From NCBI GenBank assembly GCA_044223005.1, contig JBGAML010000014.1, positions 32,001 through 96,000 on the forward strand: a DNA stretch of 64,000 nt, written 5' to 3'. This stretch comes from Candidatus Eiseniibacteriota bacterium. GTDB lineage: Bacteria; Eisenbacteria; RBG-16-71-46. The notes below the pieces were generated by a model. It worked only from the letters and a program-made list of their open reading frames with translations. It was not told the origin of the DNA and made no database searches. Shown here in pieces: positions 37,572-47,141 of this stretch (positions are counted from its first letter, which is position 1; each line of letters starts with the position of its first letter). The position numbers and the translations under genes are program-made.

Positions 37572-38612
37572 ATGTCGCGCGTCCCTGAAAATTCGTTACA
37601 TGGAGCCCCGCAGCCGGAAGCCGCGCCGACGCCGCAGGTCAGCCGCCGGCGCTTTCTGTTGAGCATGGGCGCCCTCGCGGGCGCGGCAGCCGCCGCTCCG
37701 CTCCTCACCCGCATCCCCGCGCTGGCCCGCTTCGGCGGCCGCTCGCGCGTCGAATCCTCGCGCGCGGCGCTCGGCACCTGGGTGCGGATCGTCGTCCGGC
37801 ACCCGGACCCCGCGCTCGCCGAGCGCGCGATCGCGCGCGCCTTCGAGGCGATCGCGCTCGTCGACGCCCAGATGAGCGTCCACCGCGCGGACAGCGAGCT
37901 CGCGCGTGTCAACGCCGCCGCCGGCGAACGCGCCGTGCCGGTGAGCGCGGCGCTGCTCGACGTGGTCGAGCGCGCGACGCGCTGCTCGTTCCGCACGCAG
38001 GGCGTCTACGATCCCACCGTGCTGCCGCTCATGCGCGCGTTCGGCTTCTACGGCCCGAAGCGCACGCACCTGCCGTCCGACCGCGAGATCGCCGCCGCGC
38101 TCGACGCCGTGGGCGCGAAGTACGTCGCGCTCGACCGCGCCGCCGGAACGCTGGGACTGACCCGCCGCGGCGCCGCGCTCGACCTGGGCGCGATCGGCAA
38201 GGGCTGGGCGGTCGACCGTGCGGTCGACGCGTTGCGCGCCGCCGGCGTGACCGATGCGCTCGTCGACGTGGGCCGCAACGTGTATGGCATGGGCCGCCCC
38301 GAGGACGGCGCCGAAGGCTGGCGCGTCGGCGTGGTGCACCCGAAGACCGCCGCGGTGGACCGCGTGTTCACGCTGCACGACAGCGCCGTGGCCACCAGCG
38401 GCAACTACGAGCAGTGGGAGGACCTCGACGGCGTCCGCGTCGGGCACCTGCTCGACGCCGTGCGCGGACGGCCCGCGAACCCGCACCTGAGCGCCACCGT
38501 GCACGCGGCCTCGGGATTCGACTCGGACAACGGCAGCTCCATCGCGTTCCTGGCCGGCGCGCGCGTCGGCGAGATCGTCCCGGGCGTGCTCGAAACCCAC
38601 TTCATCGGGTGA
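37572..38612 (+). CDS. apbE: FAD:protein FMN transferase with Tat signal
   Basis: SRRRFL; SELARVN, YDPTV, DLGAIGKG, ATSGNYE, GHLLD. Confidence 0.9.
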   Translation: MSRVPENSLHGAPQPEAAPTPQVSRRRFLLSMGALAGAAAAAPLLTRIPALARFGGRSRVESSRAALGTWVRIVVRHPDPALAERAIARAFEAIALVDAQMSVHRADSELARVNAAAGERAVPVSAALLDVVERATRCSFRTQGVYDPTVLPLMRAFGFYGPKRTHLPSDREIAAALDAVGAKYVALDRAAGTLGLTRRGAALDLGAIGKGWAVDRAVDALRAAGVTDALVDVGRNVYGMGRPEDGAEGWRVGVVHPKTAAVDRVFTLHDSAVATSGNYEQWEDLDGVRVGHLLDAVRGRPANPHLSATVHAASGFDSDNGSSIAFLAGARVGEIVPGVLETHFIG

Positions 38613-38617
38613 GCGGC

Positions 38618-39982
38618 ATGAGCCACGGAACGGGCGGGATGCACACGTTCGGGCGCGGGGGCATCCACCCCGGACCCCACAAGGAAGCCACTTCGGGCAA
38701 GGCGATCGACGTCCTGCCCACTCCGGCCGAGGTCGTGCTGCCGCTGTCGCAGTGCCTGGGCGACGCGAGCGAGCCGATCGTGAAGAAGAACGAGATGGTG
38801 CGCCGCGGGCAGAAGATCGCCGACGGCGGCAAGACCGGCGTGCCGCTGCACGCACCGATCAGCGGCAAGATCCGCCCCGTCGAGAAGCGCACGCACCCGA
38901 CGATGGCGATGGCCATGTCGATCGCGATCGCGGCCAACGCCGAAGCGGGCCCCGAGCTCGAGTTCCCCGAGGATCCCGAGTGGCGGACGCTGCCACGGGA
39001 AGAAGCGATCGCGCGCATCCGCGAGGCCGGCATCGTCGGCCTGGGCGGCGCGGCCTTCCCCACCTGGCGCAAGCTCGAGTTCGCGATCGACAGCAAGGTC
39101 GACACGCTGGTGATGAACGGCGCCGAGTGCGAACCGTACCTGACCAGCGACTACCGGCTCATGCTCGCGCACCCGCGCGAGATCGTCGAAGGCTCGCTCG
39201 CGATCGCGCGCGTGGTCGGCGCGGCGCGCGTGCAGTTCGGCGTCGAGTCCGACAAGCCTGACGCCATGCAGGCGCTGCGCGACGCCGCGCACGCCGTCGC
39301 GGCCGCGGGCGACCGCATGCCCGTCGACATCGTGCCCTGCCTCGCGCGCTACCCGCAGGGCGCCGAGAAGCAGCTCGTGTTCGCCGTCACCGGGCGCACG
39401 GTGCCGCCGCGCAAGCTGCCGTCGGCGGTCGGCGTGCTCGTGCAGAACGTCGCCACCGCGATGGCGGTGCACGACGCGCTGCGCTACCGCAAGCCGCTGC
39501 TCGACCGCGTGCTCACCGTGACCGGTCCGGGCGTGAAGGACCCGCGCAACGTGCAGGTCCCGCTCGGCGTGTCGCTCAGCGACGTGGTCGAGTTCTGCGG
39601 CGGGCTCTCGCCCGACGCCACGCGCATGGTCGCGGGCGGCCCGATGATGGGCCGCGCGCTGCCGCGGCTCGACGTGCCGCTCATCAAGGGCATGAACGGG
39701 CTCGTCCTGCTCACGGGCAAGGGCCCGCTCGAGGACGGCTTCGGCGCCTGCATCCGCTGCGGCCGCTGCCTCGACGCCTGCCCGCTCGGGCTCGAGCCCG
39801 ACCAGGTCTCGATTCGCGTCGAAGCCGGGCGCACGCTCGACACCGAGCGTCACGGCGCGCTCGACTGCTACGAGTGCGGCTGCTGCAGCTACGTCTGCCC
39901 CGCCGGACGGCCGCTCGTCCAGTTCATGCAGGTGGCCAAGGGCGCGCTGCGACGCGCCGCCGACACGCGGAGGGCGTCGTGA
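38618..39982 (+). CDS. rnfC: Rnf complex subunit C
   Basis: GIVGLGGAAFPT, NGAECEPYLTSD, YPQGAEKQL, GGPMMG, two 4Fe-4S motifs. Confidence 0.95.
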   Translation: MSHGTGGMHTFGRGGIHPGPHKEATSGKAIDVLPTPAEVVLPLSQCLGDASEPIVKKNEMVRRGQKIADGGKTGVPLHAPISGKIRPVEKRTHPTMAMAMSIAIAANAEAGPELEFPEDPEWRTLPREEAIARIREAGIVGLGGAAFPTWRKLEFAIDSKVDTLVMNGAECEPYLTSDYRLMLAHPREIVEGSLAIARVVGAARVQFGVESDKPDAMQALRDAAHAVAAAGDRMPVDIVPCLARYPQGAEKQLVFAVTGRTVPPRKLPSAVGVLVQNVATAMAVHDALRYRKPLLDRVLTVTGPGVKDPRNVQVPLGVSLSDVVEFCGGLSPDATRMVAGGPMMGRALPRLDVPLIKGMNGLVLLTGKGPLEDGFGACIRCGRCLDACPLGLEPDQVSIRVEAGRTLDTERHGALDCYECGCCSYVCPAGRPLVQFMQVAKGALRRAADTRRAS

Positions 39983-40962
39983 GCGAGACCGACCGCACCT
40001 TCGTCCTCACGCCGGGCCCGCACCTGCACGTCGAGGAGAGCACCTCGCGGATCATGTGGTGGGTCAACGGCTCGCTCGCGCCCGCCGCGCTCTGGGGCGT
40101 GTACGTGTTCGGGTGGAACGCGCTCGCGGTCGTGCTCGCATCGATCGCGGGAGCGGCCGGCGCCGAATGGGCGGCGAGCCGCATGCTCAAGCGCCGCGCG
40201 ACGCTCGCGGACGGCAGCGCCGTCTGCACCGGCCTGCTGCTCGCGCTCACGCTGCCGCCGCGCCTGCCGGCGTGGGAGGCGTTCCTCGGTGCGATCTTCG
40301 CGATCGCGCTCGGCAAGATGATCTTCGGCGGGCTGGGCTTCAACCTCTTCAACCCCGCACTGCTCGGCCGCGCGTTCCTCATGGCCACGTTCCCGCTCGC
40401 GATGACGTCGGGCTGGGCGCAGCCGCGGCCGTGGTTCGGCGCGCACCTCGACGCGATCACCACCGCCACGCCGCTCGCGGTGCTCAAGGAGCGTGGCCTC
40501 GCGGCGGCGCTCGAGGTGATCGCGAGTCCCGCCGGCACGTGGAAGGCGCTCGCGCTGGGCTTCCGGCCCGGCTCGATCGGCGAGGTCTCGCTGCTGCTGA
40601 TCGCCGTCGGCGCCGCGGTGCTGCTCGCACGCCGGATCATCCAGCTCACCATTCCGCTCAGCGTGCTCGCCGGCGTCGCGCTGTCGACGCTGCACACCGG
40701 CCTGCCGGTGCTGCACCTGATGAGCGGCGGCCTCTGGCTCGGGGCGTTCTACATGGCCACGGACTACGTGACCTCGCCCACCTCGCGCAACGGCCGCATC
40801 GTCTTCGGACTGATCGTGGGGCTCCTGACCGGCGTGATCCGCGTCTACGGCGGCTACCCGGAGGGCATCTGCTACGCGATCCTGATCGCCAACGCCATGG
40901 CGCCCGCGCTGGACCTCTGGTTCCGGCCGCGCCGCGTGGCGACCGCGGGGAGCCCGTCGTGA
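39979..40962 (+). CDS. rnfD: Rnf complex subunit D
   Basis: FGGLGFNLFNPA, DAITTATPL (FMN-Thr), GSIGE, MATDYVTSP, YPEG. Confidence 0.93.
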   Translation: MSETDRTFVLTPGPHLHVEESTSRIMWWVNGSLAPAALWGVYVFGWNALAVVLASIAGAAGAEWAASRMLKRRATLADGSAVCTGLLLALTLPPRLPAWEAFLGAIFAIALGKMIFGGLGFNLFNPALLGRAFLMATFPLAMTSGWAQPRPWFGAHLDAITTATPLAVLKERGLAAALEVIASPAGTWKALALGFRPGSIGEVSLLLIAVGAAVLLARRIIQLTIPLSVLAGVALSTLHTGLPVLHLMSGGLWLGAFYMATDYVTSPTSRNGRIVFGLIVGLLTGVIRVYGGYPEGICYAILIANAMAPALDLWFRPRRVATAGSPS

Positions 40963-41831
40963 GCGACCAGCTGGTGAACATCGAGGGCGCGCCCCGCACG
41001 CCCATGAACCCGCGCGAGATCGTCCGCATCGCGCTCAACCTGACCGCGGTGTGCGCGCTCGGCGCGATCATCCTCGGCGGCGTCTACATGGGCACCGAAC
41101 GCTACCAGGCGGCGGCCCGGCTCGCCGGCGAACGCAACGCCGTCACGAGCCTGCTGGCGCTGGGCGGCGACGCGACGGTGCTCGAGGTGAAGCAGTTCCT
41201 CGCCCCCACGCGGCGCGAGGTCGTCTATCGCGCCAAACCCTACGGCGACGAGAAGGCCCCGGTGCACGAGCTCGTGTTCACGCTCGACGGCGCGCTGCGC
41301 TCGTCGCGCGCGGACGCTCCGGCCGAGGAGGCGAAGGACCTGCAGCCGCTCGGCCGGCTGTTCGTGGCCGAACGCGGCGGCACCCCCGCCGGCTTCGTGA
41401 TCGAGGGTGAGACGCGCGGCTACAAGAACCGCATCCGCTTCTTCGTGGCCATGGATACGGCGTTCGTCGTGCAGGGCGTGAAGGTGCTCGAGCACGAGGA
41501 AGATCCCGGGCTCGGGGCCGAGGTCGCGACCTCGTGGTTCCAGGGCCAGTTCGTCGGCCGCACCGCCGACCGCATCGCGTCGATCGACGTGACGCGCGAC
41601 CCGATGCCCGAGGACTGGCGCGCCGCGCTGGGCTCGATCGCGTCGGAGGCGTCCGGCGAGTGGCAGGGCCGGAACGCCACCCTGATCGCGCGCGAGGCCG
41701 GCAAGCCGATCTACGCCGTCACCGGCGCCACCATCTCGAGCCGCGCGCTGACGCGCGGCGTGCGCACCACCGTGGACCACTTCCGCCGCCGCTGGGCGCT
41801 GCTGGCCCCGCAGCTGGGAGGCTCGAAGTGA
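40959..41831 (+). CDS. rnfG: Rnf complex subunit G (long form)
   Basis: N-terminal TM; GYKNRI, HEEDPGLG, VTGATISS FMN motif. Confidence 0.88.
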   Translation: MSDQLVNIEGAPRTPMNPREIVRIALNLTAVCALGAIILGGVYMGTERYQAAARLAGERNAVTSLLALGGDATVLEVKQFLAPTRREVVYRAKPYGDEKAPVHELVFTLDGALRSSRADAPAEEAKDLQPLGRLFVAERGGTPAGFVIEGETRGYKNRIRFFVAMDTAFVVQGVKVLEHEEDPGLGAEVATSWFQGQFVGRTADRIASIDVTRDPMPEDWRAALGSIASEASGEWQGRNATLIAREAGKPIYAVTGATISSRALTRGVRTTVDHFRRRWALLAPQLGGSK

Positions 41832-42487
41832 GCGCGACCCCCGACACCGCGCGCCCGCCGGGCGCGCTGCAGCTGCTCGTGAACGGCATCCTCGCCGAGA
41901 ACCCGGTGTTCCGCCTGGCGCTCTCGCTCTGCCCCGCCGTGGCCGTGACCACGACGGTGCTGAACGGCTTCATCCTCGGCGTCGCGGTGCTGGCCGTGCA
42001 GGTGCTCTCGAGCGTCACCGTGGCACTCGTCCGCGGCGCGATCCACCCGCGCGTCCGCATCCCGGTCTACACGATCATCATCGCCATCTGGGTGAGCGCG
42101 ATCGACATGACGCTCTCGGCCTTCACCCCTGCGCTCTACGCGCAGGTCGGGCTCTACATCAAGCTCATCGTGGCGTTCGCGATCATCATCTCGCGGCTCG
42201 AGGTGTTCGCTTCGCGCCAGCCGCTCGTCCCCTCCTTCTTCGACGGACTCGGCATGGGGCTCGGCTTCATGCTCGCGCTGGTCGTGATCGGCGCGCTGCG
42301 CGAGCTGCTCGGCAACGGCTCGTTCGCCGGCATCCCGCTGCTGCACGGCAAGCCGCTCCTCTTCTTCGCGCTTCCCGCGGGCGGCTTCTTCTCGATCGCG
42401 CTCCTCATGGCGTTCTTCAACCGCATCGAGCGGGCGGTCTCCGGCGACGTGAAGCGCCCGGCGTCCGGCGGAGGTCACCATGGCTAA
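41828..42487 (+). CDS. rnfE: Rnf complex subunit E
   Basis: ENPVF..LCPAVAVT, VRIP, DGLGMGLGF, RELLG, PAGGF. Confidence 0.9.
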   Translation: MSATPDTARPPGALQLLVNGILAENPVFRLALSLCPAVAVTTTVLNGFILGVAVLAVQVLSSVTVALVRGAIHPRVRIPVYTIIIAIWVSAIDMTLSAFTPALYAQVGLYIKLIVAFAIIISRLEVFASRQPLVPSFFDGLGMGLGFMLALVVIGALRELLGNGSFAGIPLLHGKPLLFFALPAGGFFSIALLMAFFNRIERAVSGDVKRPASGGGHHG

Positions 42488-43439
42488 CCTGCGCCTCACG
42501 CCCGTCGTCGCGCTCGCGCCCGTGGCGCTGATCGCGCTCTTCGCCCTGCCGGGCCTGCGCCTGGCCGCGCTGCCGCCGGTGCCGACCCATGCGGGCGGCG
42601 TGCTGCAGTCGGCGAAGGTCGTCTCGCCCGACAAGGTGAAACTGCTGTTCGACGGTCCCATCGCCCGCACGGACGCCGGCAACTTCCGCTTCACCGAGGG
42701 CGCCGCGCCCGACGCGCCGCTCCCGGTCACCGCGGTGCAGGCGGAGCCCGACGGCCGGGTCACGCTCACCGTGGGCTCGACGCTGAGGGCGTCGGACCGC
42801 TACCACCTCGACGTGCAGGATCCGCCGCTCTCGCGCGACGTCGCGCCGTCGACGTGGGCGCTCCTGCTGTCGGTGTTCCTGTCGTCGGCGCTGATCAACA
42901 ATTTCGTGTTCACGCGCTACCTCGGGCTCTGCATCTTCTTCGGCGTCAGCAAGCGCACCGCCACCGCCGTCGGCATGGGCATCACGTTCACCGCCGTGAT
43001 GATCTTCACCGCCATGTCGTCGTGGGCCGTGGACACGTTCCTGCTGCGGCCGCTCGGCCTCGGGTTCCTGCAGGTGCTCGTGTTCATCGGCACCGTGGCC
43101 GCGGTCGTGCAGTTCCTCGACACGATGCTCAAGAAGACGCACCCCGCCCTGCACAAGGGTTTCGGCGTCTACCTGATGCTGATCACGACCAACTGCATCA
43201 TCCTCGCGGTGCCGCTGCTCAACGCCGGCTCGCACGCCTCGTTCGCCGAGGCGTTCGCGCTCGCACTCGGTTCGGGCCTCGGCTTCGCGCTGGCGCTGTT
43301 CCTGATGTCGTGTGCACGCGAGAAGATGGAACTGGCGCGCGTGCCGAAGAGCTTCGAAGGCCTGCCCATCGCGTTCGCGCTCGCCGGGTTGTTCGCGCTC
43401 GCGTTCATGGGCTTCTCGGGCCTGGACTTCTTCCGGTAG
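42480..43439 (+). CDS. rnfA: Rnf complex subunit A with ~125-aa N-terminal extension
   Basis: NNFVFTRYLGLC, LITTNC, ARE..VPKSFEGLPI..AFMGFSG. Confidence 0.9.
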   Translation: MANLRLTPVVALAPVALIALFALPGLRLAALPPVPTHAGGVLQSAKVVSPDKVKLLFDGPIARTDAGNFRFTEGAAPDAPLPVTAVQAEPDGRVTLTVGSTLRASDRYHLDVQDPPLSRDVAPSTWALLLSVFLSSALINNFVFTRYLGLCIFFGVSKRTATAVGMGITFTAVMIFTAMSSWAVDTFLLRPLGLGFLQVLVFIGTVAAVVQFLDTMLKKTHPALHKGFGVYLMLITTNCIILAVPLLNAGSHASFAEAFALALGSGLGFALALFLMSCAREKMELARVPKSFEGLPIAFALAGLFALAFMGFSGLDFFR

Positions 43440-43445
43440 GAGATC

Positions 43446-44321
43446 ATGGATCACGGGGCGATGGGTGTGGCGCTGTGGGGGCTCGGGGTCTTCTCCTCGC
43501 TCGGGCTGGTGTTCGGCATCGCCCTGGGCGGCGCCGCCGAGCGGTTCAAGGTGGCCAGCAACCCGCTGGTCGACCAGGTACGCGACCGGCTGCCGTCCGC
43601 CAACTGCGGCGCCTGCGGCTACGCGGGCTGCACCGCGTACGCCGAAGCGGTGGTCGACGGCGCGAACGTGTCGCCGAGCCTGTGCATCCCGGGCGGTGCG
43701 GGCGTGGCCGCCGCGATCGCGCAGCTGACCGGCAAGGCGGCCGGCGCCGTGCAGGACCGGATCGTGGTCATGACCTGCCACGGCACGAGCGCCTACGCGC
43801 GCGAGGAGGCCGAGTACGCCGGCATCCCGACGTGCGCCGCCGCCGCGCTGGTGTTCGGCGGCCCGCGCGCGTGCAAGAACGGCTGCCTGGGGCTCGGCGA
43901 CTGCGTGCGCGCCTGCCCGTTCGACGCGCTGAAGATCGGCGAGGGCGGCATCGCGCAGGTCGACGTGTCCAAGTGCACCGGCTGCGCCGTCTGCGTCGCG
44001 GTCTGCCCCAAGGACCTCTTCCGTCTCTACCCGCGCAGCCGCCGGATCGAGCTGGCCTGCAAGGCGGTCGACAAGGCCTCGATCGTGCGCGCCACCTGCC
44101 TCGTGGGCTGCACCACCTGCCGCAAGTGCGTCTCCAAGTGCCCCGCCGGCGCGATCGAGTGGGATGGCCGCACGATCCTGATCGACCACGAGAAGTGCAT
44201 CGCCTACGGGCCTTCGTGCAACGAAGCTTGCAGTGACATCTGTCCCAGTACCATCCTCCACCGGGTCGGGGCGTCACCCCGTCCCGAGCTCGTCGAGATC
44301 GGCGAACCTTCAGGAGCCTGA
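43446..44321 (+). CDS. rnfB: Rnf complex subunit B
   Basis: LPSANCGACGYAGC, GCLGLGDCVRACPF and further ferredoxin motifs. Confidence 0.93.
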   Translation: MDHGAMGVALWGLGVFSSLGLVFGIALGGAAERFKVASNPLVDQVRDRLPSANCGACGYAGCTAYAEAVVDGANVSPSLCIPGGAGVAAAIAQLTGKAAGAVQDRIVVMTCHGTSAYAREEAEYAGIPTCAAAALVFGGPRACKNGCLGLGDCVRACPFDALKIGEGGIAQVDVSKCTGCAVCVAVCPKDLFRLYPRSRRIELACKAVDKASIVRATCLVGCTTCRKCVSKCPAGAIEWDGRTILIDHEKCIAYGPSCNEACSDICPSTILHRVGASPRPELVEIGEPSGA

Positions 44322-44326
44322 GACAC

Positions 44327-46090
44327 ATGGAAACCCGCACCGAGACCAGTCCATCCTCGACGGTGCCCCAGACCTCGTCCCGATCGATCGTGATCGGCAT
44401 CGCCGGCAGCGGCGGTGACGGCGTCGCGCTCATCGGGGACCTGCTGCTCAAGATGGCGGCGCATCAGGGCCTCTACGGCGTGCTCGTGCAGTCGTACGGT
44501 CCGCAGATCCGCGGCGGCGAATCGGCCGTCGTGCTCCGGATCGGCGAGCGCGAGCTCTGCTACGAGGGCGACGCGACCGACGTGCTCGTCTGCTTCCGCG
44601 CCGCCGACCTCAAGCGCTTCCGCGGCACGATGCTGCTGCACGAGGACAGCCTGCTGATCCTCGAGGCCCAGGACACCGGCGAGCTGCCGGACTGGCTCGG
44701 CGCCAGCAAGCGGCCGACGTTCCGCCACGCGTTCGCGACGTTCGAAGCCGGCGTCGAGGTCGCGGGACCGCCCAAGAACATGATGGCGCTCGCCCTGATC
44801 TGCCGCGCGCTCGGCTGGCCCGAGTCGCTCGCCGAGCAGGCGCTGCGCGAACGCTTCGCCGACCGGCCCGCGCTGGTCGACCGCAACATGCCCACGTTCC
44901 GCACGGCGTACGCCACGCCCGGCGTGCCGGCGCTGCCGCGCGTCGCGGGCCACGGCGTGCCGCTGGTCGTCGAGACCGGCAACGAGGCCGTCGCGCGCGG
45001 CGCCATGGCGGCGGGGCTGCGCTTCTTCGCCGGCTACCCCATCACGCCGTCTTCCGAGGTGATGGAGACGCTGATCGACGAGCTCCCCTCCACCGGCGGC
45101 CGCGTCGTGCAGGCCGAGGACGAGATCTCGGCGCTCGGCATGGTGGTCGGGGCCAGCTTCGGCGGCGTGCCGAGCATGACCGCCACGAGCGGCCCCGGGC
45201 TCTCGCTCATGACCGAGATGATGGGCCTCGCCAGCATGGCCGAGCTGCCCACGGTCATCGTCGACTGCCAGCGCGCCGGTCCGGCGACGGGCATGCCGAG
45301 CCGCACCGAGCAGTCGGACCTCTTCCACGCCGTCTACGGTGGCCACGGCGACTTCCCGCGTGTCGTGCTCGGCGTGTTCGACGTCGTGCACGCCCGCGAC
45401 GTCATGCACCGCGCGTTCGAGCTCGCGGAGAACTACCAGCTCCCCGTGCTCGTGCTGTCGGACGCGTACGTGGCGCAGCGCCGCCAGATCCGCGACGCGG
45501 TCGTGAACCGCAAGGACCGCCCGGCGCGCACGCGCTGGAAGTCGGCGCAGGACGGCATGACGCGCTTCTCGCTGACGGGCGACCAGCCCGTGAACGCGTT
45601 CCGCGTCCCCGGCACTCCCGGCGGCACCTACATGGCCGCCGGCATCGAGCACACCGAGGAGGGCAATCCCACCGCGGACGCCGGCCTGCACCAGAAGATG
45701 AGCGAGAAGCGCTTCCGCAAGCTGGACGGGATCGCCGTCGACACGAAGGACTGGTACCGCACGCTGGGCGCCGACGACGCTCCGCGCGGCATCATCGCGT
45801 GGGGCAGCACGTACGGCGTGCTCGAGGAATGGGTCCGCGAGCATCCCGAGTACCGCGTGTTCCTGCCCGAGATCATCCATCCGTTTCCCGTGGACGCACT
45901 CACGGCGTGGCGTGCGGGACTGAAGGACTGCTGCGTCGTCGAGCTGAGCTACCAGGGCCAGTTCCACCACTACCTCACCAGCCTCACGGACATGACCGGT
46001 GTGCGCAGCGTCGCCCGCAGCGGCGGTCTGCCCCTGTCGATGCGCGAGCTGGCGTCGCTGCTCGCCGCGAGCCCCAAGGAGAAGGCATGA
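44327..46090 (+). CDS. korA: 2-oxoacid:acceptor oxidoreductase alpha (KorA-type, gamma-alpha fusion)
   Basis: GSGGDG, IRGGES, GYPITPSSE, QAEDEI, TSGPG, QRAGPATG. Confidence 0.88.
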   Translation: METRTETSPSSTVPQTSSRSIVIGIAGSGGDGVALIGDLLLKMAAHQGLYGVLVQSYGPQIRGGESAVVLRIGERELCYEGDATDVLVCFRAADLKRFRGTMLLHEDSLLILEAQDTGELPDWLGASKRPTFRHAFATFEAGVEVAGPPKNMMALALICRALGWPESLAEQALRERFADRPALVDRNMPTFRTAYATPGVPALPRVAGHGVPLVVETGNEAVARGAMAAGLRFFAGYPITPSSEVMETLIDELPSTGGRVVQAEDEISALGMVVGASFGGVPSMTATSGPGLSLMTEMMGLASMAELPTVIVDCQRAGPATGMPSRTEQSDLFHAVYGGHGDFPRVVLGVFDVVHARDVMHRAFELAENYQLPVLVLSDAYVAQRRQIRDAVVNRKDRPARTRWKSAQDGMTRFSLTGDQPVNAFRVPGTPGGTYMAAGIEHTEEGNPTADAGLHQKMSEKRFRKLDGIAVDTKDWYRTLGADDAPRGIIAWGSTYGVLEEWVREHPEYRVFLPEIIHPFPVDALTAWRAGLKDCCVVELSYQGQFHHYLTSLTDMTGVRSVARSGGLPLSMRELASLLAASPKEKA

Positions 46091-46923
46091 AGGCCAAGGA
46101 TTATCGCACCGACCTTCAGCCCGTCTGGTGCACGGGCTGCGGCGACTTCGGCGTGCTGAAGGGCCTCACGCAGGCGCTCGCCGACCTCGAAGTCGCTCCC
46201 GAGAAGCTCGCGGTCATCTCCGGCATCGGCTGCTCGAGCCGCCTGCCGGGCTACGTGAAGGCGTACTCGTTCAACTCGATCCACGGCCGCGCGCTGCCGA
46301 TCGCGACCGGGCTCAAGGTGGCGCGCCCCGAGCTCACGACGATCGTCGTCGGCGGCGACGGCGACGGCTTCAGCATCGGCCTCGGCCACATTCCGCACGC
46401 CGTGCGGCGCAACACGAACCTCACGTACATCGTGATGGACAACGGCATCTACGGCCTCACCAAGGGCCAGGCCTCGCCCACCACGGAGATGGAGTCCAAG
46501 AAGAGCCGCGGCCTCGCGGGCGCCGACGACCAGCCGCTGAACCCCGTGCTGCTCGTGCTGAGCGCGGGCTGCGGGTTCGTCGCGCGCACGCACGCCGGCA
46601 ACATGCCGCACATGCGCGAGATGTTCCGGCACGCCGTGGAGTACCCCGGCTTCTCGTTCGTGCACGTGCTCGCCGGCTGCGTCACGTACCAGCCGCGCGG
46701 CTACTCGGACCAGCTGCTGCAGCGCAGCTACGAGCTGCCCGAGGGCTACGACCCCACGAACCTGAACCACGCCGTCGAGACCGCGCGCGACGGCCGCTTC
46801 GCGCTGGGGGTCCTCTACCGTCGGCCGGCCGAAGCCGTCGCCGAGATGGCGAGCACGATCGCCGACGACGAGGACTGGACGCCGCCGGACGCGATCCTCA
46901 AGCAGGACCTGCCGACCGAATAG
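46087..46923 (+). CDS. korB: 2-oxoacid:ferredoxin oxidoreductase beta (KorB-type)
   Basis: WCTGCGDF, SGIGCSSR, HGRALP, GGDGD, DNGIYGLTKGQ. Confidence 0.9.
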   Translation: MKAKDYRTDLQPVWCTGCGDFGVLKGLTQALADLEVAPEKLAVISGIGCSSRLPGYVKAYSFNSIHGRALPIATGLKVARPELTTIVVGGDGDGFSIGLGHIPHAVRRNTNLTYIVMDNGIYGLTKGQASPTTEMESKKSRGLAGADDQPLNPVLLVLSAGCGFVARTHAGNMPHMREMFRHAVEYPGFSFVHVLAGCVTYQPRGYSDQLLQRSYELPEGYDPTNLNHAVETARDGRFALGVLYRRPAEAVAEMASTIADDEDWTPPDAILKQDLPTE

Positions 46924-47141
46924 CGCCGCACCCGAACTGCCGCCGCACGCAGCGCGCCGCCCGTGACCCACGTGGTCACGGGCGGTCGCGTTTTCGCGGC
47001 GCGCCCGCGCGCGCGAGCCGGGGTGGATTTCACCTGTTCTCCCCGCGCGCATTCGGGTAATGCTCCGGCCTGCGACCTGAGCCGCAGTTCCGGCAACGGA
47101 CGCTTCCGGCATTCACGCCCACGCCGTGCATCCGCGAGGCC

